Source of the DNA: an uncultured virus (IMG/VR IMGVR_UViG_3300021093_000053)
Lineage: Duplodnaviria; Heunggongvirae; Uroviricota; Caudoviricetes
DNA: 64,000 nt
Strand: one strand, 5' to 3'
IMG/VR virus record: IMGVR_UViG_3300021093_000053
Part shown: one piece after another, positions 18,399 to 28,965 of the stretch
Layout: each line of letters opens with the position of its first letter
Numbering within the stretch: the stretch's first letter is position 1
The notes under the pieces: model-generated
Told to the model about the DNA's origin: nothing
Databases searched by the model: none
What the model saw: the letters and a program-made list of their open reading frames with translations, nothing else
Translations under genes and position numbers: made by a program

Positions 18399-19754
18399 AT
18401 GGGAAATTTGAGACCAATTGGTAGTGAAAAACTACAAGGAATGGACAAAATAAATCGTATTTTACAAATAGCGAAATATAATGAGCATATCCCAACTCCA
18501 ATCAATGAGAATAAATCTTTGGAGTATCAAAAAACATTATCAGATGGTAATACATATGTTATTGTAAAGGAGAATAATGGTTACATAATTAAAAAGGGGT
18601 TGAATGAATCGGTTGCTGATTATATGGAATCAATGAAAGATAGAAAATACTACCCATCATATTCTCAAGCTCTTAAGAGATTAAACATTATGGCCAAGGA
18701 AATTAATTCTTCTGAAGGTTATATTAAAAATATTTCTTTATTTGAAAGTGAGGATGATGTGGAAGAAAAATATTTTCTTAAGTTAGATGGTGGTGAAACT
18801 AATGAACAGGATGTTCCCGCTCCTGCTCCTGCACCCGCACCCGCTCCTGCACCCGCTCCTGCACCCGCTCCTGAAGCACCTGTAGATGCTGATATGGGAG
18901 GTGCTGATATGCCAGATGAAGAACCTGAAGATGACATGGATATGCCAGATGAAGAACCTGAAGATGATGAAGATGTTACGTTTAAAATGATTCAAAAACT
19001 AACAGGTAAATTGGCTCAAAAAATTAGAACTTTTATGGAAGACGAAGAAAATGAAATGTCTTCTAAAGATATTAAATATGTAATTAACTCCGTAGTTTCC
19101 GCAATTGATTTAGATTCATTAGAAGATGACGATTTAGATGAAATTATTTCTAAATTAGAAGGTGAAGAAGAAGGTGAAGAAGAAGGTGAAGAAGAAGGTG
19201 AAGAAGGTGGTGAACCAATGCCGTCACCTGAAATGCCGTCACCTGAAGTGGCTCCCGCACCTCCAGCGGCACCTGCGACGGGTGAAGTTGCCGAGTATGA
19301 TGACTTAGACGATGGTAAAGAATTTGTTGATGATATTTTTAGTGAAGAGGAAGATTATGAAAATTACGGTAAAAATCGTGGTTATAGAGGTAAGAAACAC
19401 AGGTTTACAGAACTTGGAGAAGATGAGTCAGGTGCGGTAGAAGGAATGATTGAAGGTTTATTTAGTGAGTCTAAAGTCGACAACATTTTGAAAAAATATT
19501 TTAGAGTTGATGAAAAGGAGAGAGTTATCTTAGAAGAAAAGAAAAAACAAAAAAGTGTTTTAGCTGAAAAAACAAATAAAAATATTGTTAGGATTAAAAA
19601 TTTATCTGAGACAGTTGCTCAAGAGATATCATCAAGTAAGTTAATTAAAAAATACCCAAATTTAAAGTTTGTTGGAAAGTCACAACAAAATAATTTAATA
19701 TTTGAGAATAATAGTAGAAGAATTAAAGTAACTCCTAAAGGAAGTATTTTATGA
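18399..19754 (+). CDS. Acidic low-complexity protein, possible prohead core/internal head protein
   Basis: 451-aa ORF with PA, DMPDEEPEDD and EGEE repeats, upstream of the head module. Confidence 0.6.
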   Translation: MGNLRPIGSEKLQGMDKINRILQIAKYNEHIPTPINENKSLEYQKTLSDGNTYVIVKENNGYIIKKGLNESVADYMESMKDRKYYPSYSQALKRLNIMAKEINSSEGYIKNISLFESEDDVEEKYFLKLDGGETNEQDVPAPAPAPAPAPAPAPAPAPEAPVDADMGGADMPDEEPEDDMDMPDEEPEDDEDVTFKMIQKLTGKLAQKIRTFMEDEENEMSSKDIKYVINSVVSAIDLDSLEDDDLDEIISKLEGEEEGEEEGEEEGEEGGEPMPSPEMPSPEVAPAPPAAPATGEVAEYDDLDDGKEFVDDIFSEEEDYENYGKNRGYRGKKHRFTELGEDESGAVEGMIEGLFSESKVDNILKKYFRVDEKERVILEEKKKQKSVLAEKTNKNIVRIKNLSETVAQEISSSKLIKKYPNLKFVGKSQQNNLIFENNSRRIKVTPKGSIL

Positions 19755-20161
19755 GTTATTTAATTTATGTAAATGAATTAGGTGCAAATTATAAAGGGGA
19801 AACAACTTATGAATTCATTTTCTCCGATAATTTGGAAAATGTATGGGGAGATTCTTGGGAATCAAAACCATCGAATGGTTACCCATCTCCACCCGATTTA
19901 GATTACATAGAAAAAGTTGGAGTTTTGAAGACAGATAAGACAACATTATCAGTTATTCAAAACTCTGATTACTTTTCAATGGTTGACGCAATTGATAGAG
20001 TTATAGCGTTGGCGTGGGAAGATGAAAACGAAACAACCAATTTTGACTTAGTTAAAAGATTGGTATTTAGTTTTGGTCAAACTGAAGACTCCGTAAAAGA
20101 TAAATTATATGAACGAGATTTCGTTCTTGAATTTGAGAAGAAAGTGGTTTATGAAAAATAA
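19751..20161 (+). CDS. Hypothetical protein
   Basis: 136-aa ORF with ATGA overlap with the previous gene. Confidence 0.8.
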   Translation: MSYLIYVNELGANYKGETTYEFIFSDNLENVWGDSWESKPSNGYPSPPDLDYIEKVGVLKTDKTTLSVIQNSDYFSMVDAIDRVIALAWEDENETTNFDLVKRLVFSFGQTEDSVKDKLYERDFVLEFEKKVVYEK

Positions 20162-21137
20162 TAAAAAAATACTATCTTTGTTAAACCATGGGTTTAAAGG
20201 TTCGTTACTTAATACGCTAAACGAAGCTCAAATCAATTCAATGTATAGTAGATTAGTTGAAAATAAAAAAGAAACTAAAGAACAACAAATTGTAAACACT
20301 CAAACAATGGTTTTTGATTCTTCTAAAGAAGACCAAAAGGCTAAATTAAATCAAATGTTAAAAGACCCTTCTAAATTACAAGGTCAAAACATAGAAGTTA
20401 AAGAAGATGAAGAATCAGATATTAATTGGGGATTAACAGGTCATGACCAAGAACCAATTCAAAAAGGACCTACAGGTGACGGGGACCCAAATTCAATCCA
20501 AGAGAAAGAATTAATGGAAAAATTCGTATCTAAAAAACAACAAAAATATTTTTTTGCGAAATGTGGTGATGGAAAAACAAAAGAAGAAAAAAAATGGTGT
20601 AAAATGGCTGAAGAATTTGCGGAAAAAACAAATTTTAAAAAACTACCTAAAACTAAAAAGAAAGAAACCAAAGAAGAATTCACCATGAAAAATTATTTGG
20701 ATAAAGTGGGTAGTGCTTATGCAAATAACATGAAAGGACAATTAAGTAAAATGGCAAAAGAAAGTATCAATAAAAAAGAGTTAGAAAAAGGTATTATGTC
20801 TTTGGTTGAAAAACATATTACACCTAAAATGAGTAAAAGGGATTTACTAAATTTGGTTTTTGAACAAGGAACTAAAGAAAAGGAGAGAACTAAGGAAAAA
20901 GAAAAAACTAAAAGCCCTGAACGTGATAATCCGTATGCTCCTAAACCTGGACCAAAGAAAAGTCCAAAAGCGGGAGATACCAAGATTGCACCTCCAATAC
21001 CTAAAACACCTACAAAACCTGGTAAACCTGATACAAATACCCCATATAACCCTAAAGTTAAACCCGCACCAAAAGCTGACAAGGGAAAACTACCTAATTG
21101 GTTGACATTTGATGCTATTGGAATTAATCTAAAATAA
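20151..21137 (+). CDS. Hypothetical Lys/Pro-rich protein
   Basis: ORF 20109..21137; ATG20151 (MKNNKK) preferred for the short overlap. Confidence 0.75.
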   Translation: MKNNKKILSLLNHGFKGSLLNTLNEAQINSMYSRLVENKKETKEQQIVNTQTMVFDSSKEDQKAKLNQMLKDPSKLQGQNIEVKEDEESDINWGLTGHDQEPIQKGPTGDGDPNSIQEKELMEKFVSKKQQKYFFAKCGDGKTKEEKKWCKMAEEFAEKTNFKKLPKTKKKETKEEFTMKNYLDKVGSAYANNMKGQLSKMAKESINKKELEKGIMSLVEKHITPKMSKRDLLNLVFEQGTKEKERTKEKEKTKSPERDNPYAPKPGPKKSPKAGDTKIAPPIPKTPTKPGKPDTNTPYNPKVKPAPKADKGKLPNWLTFDAIGINLK

Positions 21138-21138
21138 G

Positions 21139-22482
21139 ATGAGTGTTAATTATAAAATGGAAAAAATATTAAGAGCAAAAACTAATTTAGAAAAAAAATT
21201 AGTTAGAGAAGGTTTAACTTATAATGAGAAATCATTATTAAATGAAATCAAAAAAAGTTTAACTGAGGCACCCATAGATTATGAAGGTCCTGAAAGAATG
21301 GGTCAGGATGTTGAGAGAAAAATAACACAGAGAGAGACTCCATTTCATGGTCACCCCGCAATACCTCAAGAACAAAGAGATTTTATCGAGGTGATTGCAT
21401 CAAAAAGATTTAAAGACTCAGTTGATAAAGTAAGAAGATTTTTAGGTAATACCCAACCTCTACAAGGACCAAACTCTTTTATGAACTTGATGATGATGGG
21501 TATGCAATCATTACAACAAATTTCATCTATTGAATCAAGAAATAAACAAAGACTTGAAGAATTAGCGGTTGAGTTGGTTAAAAAAGAAATGGGGATTCCT
21601 GAAGGAGCTTTACAATTCGACGCCGAATTAGTTAGTGGACCTATGAGTGCCGCTCAAGGGATGCAAACCCAATCACAAAATCCTTCTGAAGATGAGATTA
21701 AAGATGCTTTTAAAGAAGGTGAAGAACATACCGAAGATTTATTAAACTTTGTAGATGAGTTCGAAAAATTCAATTTAGAGAAAGCAAAAAGACGATTTAT
21801 AAATTCTTTAATACAAGGTGCGGCGTTCAAGGGTGGACACATGTATGTCTTGGCGGCTGATGAAATAAACAATATTGACCCAAGATTATTACAGATGTAT
21901 GGTGTTAACCAATCATTAATGGAACATCTATATTGGGTTTTCCCTGATATGGAAAATATGGCGGGTTCGGGAGGTGGACAATTAGGTCAAAGTGAAATTG
22001 ATGATGAGACCGACCCACCAACAGTAAAGGCTAGGGCAGGTACTTTTCCGTTATTAATTCATGAATTGGTAAAAGGTGTTTATGAAGTATTTGGTACTCA
22101 CGGATTACCTGATGACCCAAGACAACAAGAAATGGTTATGGGTTCTGAAGATACATTACCTGCTGAGATTTGGGATTCAAGATTAGGACCTATTTTTTGG
22201 GAAAAATTTGTTGCGACATACCCGATAGAATTATTCGAGGATGATATGAAACACATCCAACATTATCTATTTATGAGATTTTCTAAATTAGATGCGAATG
22301 AATTCTTTAGAGTTGCCAAACTTATATTACAAGGAGACCCTAAAGGACAACAATTCATTCAAAGGATGGTTGATGAAATAGTTTCAGAATTAAAAAAACA
22401 AGAATATGAAAGAAGTATGAATCAATATGACGATGACGATGATGATTATGACGATATCGACCTTTCACAATTAGGATTATAA
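21139..22482 (+). CDS. Hypothetical protein upstream of terminase
   Basis: 447-aa ORF followed by a terminator-like inverted repeat at 22502-22534. Confidence 0.8.
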   Translation: MSVNYKMEKILRAKTNLEKKLVREGLTYNEKSLLNEIKKSLTEAPIDYEGPERMGQDVERKITQRETPFHGHPAIPQEQRDFIEVIASKRFKDSVDKVRRFLGNTQPLQGPNSFMNLMMMGMQSLQQISSIESRNKQRLEELAVELVKKEMGIPEGALQFDAELVSGPMSAAQGMQTQSQNPSEDEIKDAFKEGEEHTEDLLNFVDEFEKFNLEKAKRRFINSLIQGAAFKGGHMYVLAADEINNIDPRLLQMYGVNQSLMEHLYWVFPDMENMAGSGGGQLGQSEIDDETDPPTVKARAGTFPLLIHELVKGVYEVFGTHGLPDDPRQQEMVMGSEDTLPAEIWDSRLGPIFWEKFVATYPIELFEDDMKHIQHYLFMRFSKLDANEFFRVAKLILQGDPKGQQFIQRMVDEIVSELKKQEYERSMNQYDDDDDDYDDIDLSQLGL

Positions 22483-22557
22483 AATACAAAACAACAAAAA
22501 TAAACCCTCATTTATTAAATTAAGTGAGGGTTTTAATATTTATAGTAAAATAGTTTT

Positions 22558-24333
22558 ATGAGTTTAACAAAAGAACAACTTCTTTTAGAGTATGTTAAGT
22601 GTATGAGAGATACTCCATACGCATTAAGAACCTATTTGCAAACATATGACAATACAGTATCAAAATATGTACCGTTAGAATTATTTCCAGACCAAGTAAC
22701 ATTACTTGAAGACTATGAGCAGTATAACGAAAATATCGCATTAAAGTACAGACAGGCAGGTGTATCAACAGTTACAGGTGCTTGGATTTCTAAAAAATTA
22801 GTTTTTGCTAAAAAAGAAAAACCTGAAAAGATTCTTATTATCGCTAACAAATTGGACACTTCTATTGAAATGGCAAATAAAATTAGAATGTTCGTTAGCC
22901 AATGGCCGTCTTGGACGGGTGTTGACATTGACCCTAATAAAAAATCAACTAAACATTACAAATTAACCAATGGGTGTGAGGTTAAGGCGGTTGCAACATC
23001 TAAAGACGCCTTACGAGGATTTACACCTACTGTACTTGTATTTGATGAGGCGGCTTTTATCGAAGCGGACAGTGATTTTTGGGCGGCTTGTATGGCCTCA
23101 TTATCTACGGGAGGTAAAGTAATCGTAGTTTCCACACCTAACGGATACGACCCAATCTATTATGAAATTTATGACCAATCATTACGTAACATGAACGATT
23201 TTAAGATTACTGAAATGTATTGGTTTAGAGACCCAAGATATACCAAAGATTTATTCTTTATTAAAACTGAAAGTATAATACACTACTTATTAAATAAAGA
23301 AGAATATAATGAATCTGATTTTATAAAGTGGGAAGAAAAACCTTTTGAGAATAGGGATTATAAAGAAGTAAAAGAGTTAATGAATCAAGGTTATAAACCA
23401 TGTTCTACTTGGTTTGAGAACATGGTCAAAAAACTTAAGTATGATAAGAGAAAAGTATCTCAAGAGTTAGAATGTAACTTTTTAGGTTCGGGTGATAACG
23501 TATTCGATTCTTTAATGTTACAAAAAATTAAAGAGAATTCTATTAAACCCCCGACAAACAAAATGATGGGTAATGCTTTATGGATATGGAAAGAACCCAT
23601 TGTAGGTCACAAATATGTTATGGGAGTTGATGTATCAAGAGGAGATAGTGAAGATTTTAGTTGTTTCCAAATCATTGATTTTGATAATAGAGAACAAGTT
23701 GCAGAATACGTTGGTAAATTACCTCCTGACACAATGGCTGAGATATGTTATAAATGGGCCAACATGTATTCTTGTTTTGTGGTGATTGATATTACAGGTG
23801 GTATGGGTGTTTCTACCGCAAGGAAAATGCAAGAAATGGGTTATAAAAATTTATACGTTGATGGTATTGATGTTTCTAATAAATGGAAGTATGACCCTAA
23901 AGCATTAGAAAAAATCCCTGGAATAAATTTTAATAATAAACGTGTACAGATAATTGCTTCATTTGAGGAGGTAATGAGACATGAGTTTAAAATATACAGT
24001 TCCCGTTTATTTAACGAGATGAATACATTTGTATATATTAACGGAAGACCTGACCACCAAAAAGGTCATCACGATGACCTTATTATGGGTATTGCCATGG
24101 CAACCTATGTTGCTGAATCGTCATTTAGTAATTTAACAAAAGTAACTGAACATACTAAAGCAATGATTGATTCATGGTCGGTTAGTAATAATGAAAATGT
24201 ATCACAACAAATAGCGTTTAATCCCGTGATACCGCATTACAATGAAAGAATATCACAATTTAATTCAGGTCATATACCAAGAGAAGAATATATGAAACAC
24301 GCTTGGTTATTTGGTGGTAGACAATATTTATAA
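22558..24333 (+). CDS. Terminase large subunit (T4 gp17-like)
   Basis: LKYRQAGVST Walker A variant, VFDEAAF Walker B, VSTPNG motif III, QELEC, RNase H-like GVDVSRG and HDDLIM. Confidence 0.95.
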   Translation: MSLTKEQLLLEYVKCMRDTPYALRTYLQTYDNTVSKYVPLELFPDQVTLLEDYEQYNENIALKYRQAGVSTVTGAWISKKLVFAKKEKPEKILIIANKLDTSIEMANKIRMFVSQWPSWTGVDIDPNKKSTKHYKLTNGCEVKAVATSKDALRGFTPTVLVFDEAAFIEADSDFWAACMASLSTGGKVIVVSTPNGYDPIYYEIYDQSLRNMNDFKITEMYWFRDPRYTKDLFFIKTESIIHYLLNKEEYNESDFIKWEEKPFENRDYKEVKELMNQGYKPCSTWFENMVKKLKYDKRKVSQELECNFLGSGDNVFDSLMLQKIKENSIKPPTNKMMGNALWIWKEPIVGHKYVMGVDVSRGDSEDFSCFQIIDFDNREQVAEYVGKLPPDTMAEICYKWANMYSCFVVIDITGGMGVSTARKMQEMGYKNLYVDGIDVSNKWKYDPKALEKIPGINFNNKRVQIIASFEEVMRHEFKIYSSRLFNEMNTFVYINGRPDHQKGHHDDLIMGIAMATYVAESSFSNLTKVTEHTKAMIDSWSVSNNENVSQQIAFNPVIPHYNERISQFNSGHIPREEYMKHAWLFGGRQYL

Positions 24334-24345
24334 TAAAATAAAACT

Positions 24346-24495
24346 ATGGGTCTAACAAGTAGAAAAAGGTCGGGTAAAAAATTTAATGGAAGTAAGCTAA
24401 ATGTTCCTGGTCAAGGAATTAGTTCTGTTAAACCTGGCGGTGATAATAAAATAAATCAACAAAAAGGTAGTGATAGTAAAGGTAATAATCAATAA
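24346..24495 (+). CDS. Small basic protein (49 aa), not in the ORF track
   Basis: MGLTSRKRSGKKFNGSKLNVPGQGISSVKPGGDNKINQQKGSDSKGNNQ*; fills the terminase-portal gap; preceded by TATTTAT. Confidence 0.7.
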   Translation: MGLTSRKRSGKKFNGSKLNVPGQGISSVKPGGDNKINQQKGSDSKGNNQ

Positions 24496-24533
24496 CTATT
24501 TATATTACTTCTGTTTGTGATTAAATTAATTAT

Positions 24534-26342
24534 ATGGAAAATAATAACAATAATCTAACGGTTTGGCAAAGGTTGTCCCATGCACTCGGACCCAATGCCT
24601 TATTGAATCAAGATTACCCAACGTACAAATTTGATAAAAAAGATTTATTAAAAACTACTTCAAAACAAGAATACGATAGAGAGTTATTACAAGCTCAACA
24701 AACTATGTATTTGTCGGGTCAATGGACCAAGATTGAAAGTAACTTATATACTCAGGCGGTCTATTACGAACCAACAAGGTTAGCATCATTTTATGATTAT
24801 GAATCTATGGAATACACTCCTGAGATTTCAGCCGCGTTAGATATATACGGTGAAGAATCAACAACTGTTGACCAAAATGGTTATATGTTACAAATTTATT
24901 CGGAATCTAAACGTATTAAAGGAATATTAGCCGATTTATTTAACAATGTGTTAGATATTAATACTAATTTACCAATGTGGACAAGAAACACATGTAAATA
25001 TGGTGATAATTTTGTTTACTTAAAATTAGATTCAGAAAAAGGTGTGGTTGGTTGTATGCAATTACCAAATATCGAAATTGAAAGACTAGAGAGAGGTATG
25101 CCTGCACAAGCAACAAGACAGAATATTGAGGAGCCTGCAGAGAATAAAGGTCTTAGATTTAAATGGAAAATTAAAGACATGGAATTTAATGCTTGGGAGA
25201 TAGCACATTTTAGATTGTTAGGTGACGATAGAAAACTTCCATACGGAACATCTATGTTAGAAAAGGCAAGACGTATTTGGAAACAATTATTATTATCTGA
25301 AGACGCTATGTTAATTTATAGAACATCAAGAGCGCCTGAAAGAAGAGTATTTAAAGTTTTTGTCGGTAATATGGATGACAAAGACGTTGAGGCATACGTA
25401 CAAAGAGTTGCCAATAAATTTAAAAGAAATCAAATAGTAGATGACAAAACAGGTAATGTTGATTTAAGATTTAATCAGATGGCCGTAGACCAAGATTATT
25501 TTATTCCTGTTCGTGACCCTGCACAAGCATCACCTATTGACACTTTACCTGGGGCTCAAAATTTAGCTGAAATTGCTGATATTGAATATATTCAGAAAAA
25601 ATTATTAACCGCATTACGAGTACCTAAAGCGTTTTTAGGATTTGAAGAACCTGTTGGTGAAGGTAAAAATTTATCGTTACAAGATATTCGTTTTGCAAGA
25701 ACTATTAATAGAATACAAAAATGTATGATTGCAGAATTAAATAAAATTGCGATTATACATTTATTTCTGTTAGGTTTTGAAGATGAGTTAGGTAATTTTA
25801 CATTAGGATTAACTAACCCATCAACACAAGCTGATTTATTAAAAGTTGACGTTTGGAAAGAAAAAATATTATTATATAAAGACGCAGTAACCGCAATAGA
25901 AGGTATTGCTCCTGTATCAGTTTCATGGGCCAAAAAACATATTTTAGGTTTCTCAGATGAAGAAATAAAACTTGATTTACAACAACAAAGAATTGAAAAG
26001 GCCGTTGGTGCTGAATTAACTAATACTGCAACAATTATAAGTCACACAGGTTTATTTGATAATGTTGATAAACTTTATGGTTCCAAGTCAGGTGATACTG
26101 CGGGAGGAGGGGCCGCCCCACCACCTCCAGGCGGGGGGGATATGGGAGCACCTACACCACCTCCTGGACCTGAACCTGGCGGTGATGCGGGAGTAACCCC
26201 TGAATCATTAAATAGAGATAATTTAAAAATATTACTAGAATCTGATTCTTTAACTGACGATGGTTCCTACATAGATTTATCCAAAGCGAAAAATTCTTTG
26301 GGTGAAATTGAGGATAGATTGAATAAACTTTTAGGTGATTGA
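24534..26342 (+). CDS. Portal protein (T4 gp20-like)
   Basis: MEYTPEISAALD, EDAMLIYRTSRAPERRVF, DYFIP, IDTLPGAQN, ALRVPK. Confidence 0.95.
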   Translation: MENNNNNLTVWQRLSHALGPNALLNQDYPTYKFDKKDLLKTTSKQEYDRELLQAQQTMYLSGQWTKIESNLYTQAVYYEPTRLASFYDYESMEYTPEISAALDIYGEESTTVDQNGYMLQIYSESKRIKGILADLFNNVLDINTNLPMWTRNTCKYGDNFVYLKLDSEKGVVGCMQLPNIEIERLERGMPAQATRQNIEEPAENKGLRFKWKIKDMEFNAWEIAHFRLLGDDRKLPYGTSMLEKARRIWKQLLLSEDAMLIYRTSRAPERRVFKVFVGNMDDKDVEAYVQRVANKFKRNQIVDDKTGNVDLRFNQMAVDQDYFIPVRDPAQASPIDTLPGAQNLAEIADIEYIQKKLLTALRVPKAFLGFEEPVGEGKNLSLQDIRFARTINRIQKCMIAELNKIAIIHLFLLGFEDELGNFTLGLTNPSTQADLLKVDVWKEKILLYKDAVTAIEGIAPVSVSWAKKHILGFSDEEIKLDLQQQRIEKAVGAELTNTATIISHTGLFDNVDKLYGSKSGDTAGGGAAPPPPGGGDMGAPTPPPGPEPGGDAGVTPESLNRDNLKILLESDSLTDDGSYIDLSKAKNSLGEIEDRLNKLLGD

Positions 26343-26364
26343 TATTTATAATAAAAAATACAAG

Positions 26365-27081
26365 ATGGTTAAGTTTGGATTATTAAAATCAAAGATAGAA
26401 AAAGTATTAGTTGAGTCGTACTCAAATGATACTTTTAAAGAAGAATTGAAAAGATTTAAAGTATATGTTTTAGAGAATAAAAACATTAGTAAATTATTTT
26501 ATCTTTATGACGAATTAAATTATAAAAGAGGGTTAAATGATATCCTTGCAAATGATTATATAAATGAATGTATAACCATTTACGAAAACACAATTAATAA
26601 AGTTAAAGAAAAAGATATTTTAAGATTAAAAAATTGGGTAAGTAACGTCAATTCAAACAACGACTATCCTGAAATTGATAGTTTATTTTCCACTGATGTT
26701 TTAACAATTGAATCTAAAATAAAAAGTAAAAAAATAATTAAAGAATCGTTAACAAAACCAAAACCTATACAAAAAGAATATGTTCATCTACCATTAAGTA
26801 CTATGGTTGGAATAGCAAATAAAACAATTTCTAGTTACGTTGAAAGTTTAAATGAATCTGAAAAGAAAGAATTAATTGATTTTTTAAACACTGACGATTC
26901 ATCTCTAAATAATGATTTTAATGAGGTTAAAAATCAGGTAATTAATAAATTATCAAATCTTAAAAAAGGTTCCGATTCGGAAACATTATCCCGAATAAAC
27001 GAAACTATCGAGAGAGTATCATCAGAAAAATGTAACAAGTTTACACTATTCAAACTGAAAAAACTAAAAGAAAATCTTTAA
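26365..27081 (+). CDS. Hypothetical head-module protein
   Basis: ORF directly after portal; ATG26365 follows TATTTAT. Confidence 0.8.
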   Translation: MVKFGLLKSKIEKVLVESYSNDTFKEELKRFKVYVLENKNISKLFYLYDELNYKRGLNDILANDYINECITIYENTINKVKEKDILRLKNWVSNVNSNNDYPEIDSLFSTDVLTIESKIKSKKIIKESLTKPKPIQKEYVHLPLSTMVGIANKTISSYVESLNESEKKELIDFLNTDDSSLNNDFNEVKNQVINKLSNLKKGSDSETLSRINETIERVSSEKCNKFTLFKLKKLKENL

Positions 27082-27272
27082 TCTAAATTAGATTTAAATT
27101 TTTGTTGTACGTATTTAGCTTTTTGAAGTTCCTGTCTTTTTATAACTGATTTCTTTATAAAAGTTTTTCTATTATTTAATTCAGACATTTGTCTTATCTT
27201 AATAATTTTACTTTTGTATTGTTTTAGAGCTTTCTCTATTGAGTTTTTATTATCCACTTTAACTATTATCAT
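27078..27272 (-). CDS. rpsU: Ribosomal protein bS21
   Basis: MIIVKV....IEKALKQYKSK.......EL..RK.FIKKSV.KR....KAKY; Bacteroidota-type with Tyr54; TATATTTG on the minus strand at 27317-27324. Confidence 0.9.
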   Translation of the reverse strand: MIIVKVDNKNSIEKALKQYKSKIIKIRQMSELNNRKTFIKKSVIKRQELQKAKYVQQKFKSNLD

Positions 27273-27364
27273 ATACTACATATATCTTAAAAATTTTCTT
27301 TTTTTGACTATTGATACAAATATACTTATTTTTTTGAAAAATAAACTTAAAAATATGGAATTTA

Positions 27365-27811
27365 ATGAAAAAGGGGAAAACCTCAAAAATCGCAGGGTTC
27401 AGAACTGCCAAAGTTATTTATGGTACAGTGGACTCATTTAATCTAAGGTCACTGTATTTAAACATTCAAACATGGGTAGAACCAATTATAGACTCGGAAA
27501 ATTGGAGTCGAGTCGTACAAAATCTAAGTAGAACAATAAAACATGTTGTGTTAGATTCATTAGATAAATCAATCTTTGATGATAAATTTATTGTTGATTT
27601 AGATTTAAGGTCGAGTGGGTTAACATTAGGAAAAAAATCATTTCTTAACCTTGAAATAAATTTATACTTAAAGGAAGAAGGTATTGATTTTAAATCAAAT
27701 AGTTTAAGAGGTTCACTAAAAAAATTATCCCGAGACGTTTTCCAAAAAGGATTTTTAGAGAGTAGGTATTTCACCTATTATTTAAGCAAAAAAGATAAAG
27801 TAAAAGTATAA
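27365..27811 (+). CDS. Hypothetical head-module protein
   Basis: 148-aa ORF between bS21 and the prohead protease. Confidence 0.8.
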   Translation: MKKGKTSKIAGFRTAKVIYGTVDSFNLRSLYLNIQTWVEPIIDSENWSRVVQNLSRTIKHVVLDSLDKSIFDDKFIVDLDLRSSGLTLGKKSFLNLEINLYLKEEGIDFKSNSLRGSLKKLSRDVFQKGFLESRYFTYYLSKKDKVKV

Positions 27812-27847
27812 ACTCAAATACTTCAATATTTATAATTAAAATTGACA

Positions 27848-28573
27848 ATGAGTTTACAAATAATACAACCAGGCCAAGTAGGTAAAGGAATTCTTATCGA
27901 ATATGACGCAGGATTTATTAATCCTAAAGATAAGTATAATTCTGAACTAATCAGAGAATCCAAAAATTTCATGGACCATACAAAACCTTTTGAATTTTAT
28001 GCAGTATTACAAAAATATAATACACCAAATAGGAACGGTAGAATTTACCCTGAAAGGATTTTAAAAAGAGAAGCTGATAATTACAAAAAAATGATTGAAA
28101 AGGGGACATCATTATCTGAATTGAATCACCCTGAATCTTCTCTTATAGACTTAGATAGAGTATCTCATATTATAACTGATGTATGGTGGGATGGACCAAT
28201 ATTAATGGGTAAATTAAAATTACTTACAAGCCCAGGATTTCATGAAAGAGGTGTGTGTTCCACAAAAGGTGATTTAGCGGCAAACTATTTAAGACAAGGG
28301 GTAACTCTTGGTATTTCTTCTCGTGGGGTAGGTTCATTAAAAAAGGTTGGGGAACAAAATGAAGTGCAGGATGATTTTGAATTGATTTGTTTTGATTTAG
28401 TTTCGTCACCATCAACACCTGGGGCTTATTTATTTTTAAATCCTGAAGACAAAAATAATTTCGAGGAAAATCTTGATGAGGAGAAAAAAATGTCAATTGA
28501 AAGAAATGTTGGACAGTCAGGAAATAAATCACTTGACTTAATGAGAAAGTTATCCGATTATTTAGGATACTAA
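27848..28573 (+). CDS. Prohead core protease (T4 gp21-like)
   Basis: NRNGRIYP, ELNHP, LGISSRGVGS, DLVSSPSTPGA. Confidence 0.95.
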   Translation: MSLQIIQPGQVGKGILIEYDAGFINPKDKYNSELIRESKNFMDHTKPFEFYAVLQKYNTPNRNGRIYPERILKREADNYKKMIEKGTSLSELNHPESSLIDLDRVSHIITDVWWDGPILMGKLKLLTSPGFHERGVCSTKGDLAANYLRQGVTLGISSRGVGSLKKVGEQNEVQDDFELICFDLVSSPSTPGAYLFLNPEDKNNFEENLDEEKKMSIERNVGQSGNKSLDLMRKLSDYLGY

Positions 28574-28585
28574 AAAAATTTATTT

Positions 28586-28795
28586 ATGGACGAAAAATAT
28601 TTCATTGCCCGAGTTACCATTGATATGGTAGATTCAGAATCAGGTAAAGTAAAAAAACAAAAAGAAGAAAAGTTAGTTAAGGGTTATAACCCAACTGATG
28701 TTGAAGCTAAAATTACTAAGGTGTTTGAGCATTATACACAAGATTGGCGAATAACCGCTATTGTTGAAAGTAAAATAGATGAGGTGATAGAATAA
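28586..28795 (+). CDS. Small hypothetical protein
   Basis: 69-aa ORF followed by a terminator (28824-28850). Confidence 0.75.
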   Translation: MDEKYFIARVTIDMVDSESGKVKKQKEEKLVKGYNPTDVEAKITKVFEHYTQDWRITAIVESKIDEVIE

Positions 28796-28965
28796 TTAGA
28801 TTTCAATAGTTTAATTAACATAGAAAAGGGGGTCAATAGACCTCCTTTTTGTTTTTTGTCAAAAATAGAAATATTTATGGAATATAAAAACTAATTGTTG
28901 AAACAGTTAAAAATAAAACTTTTTTAACAATTGGTAATATTTATTATAAAAATAAAAAACGCAAA

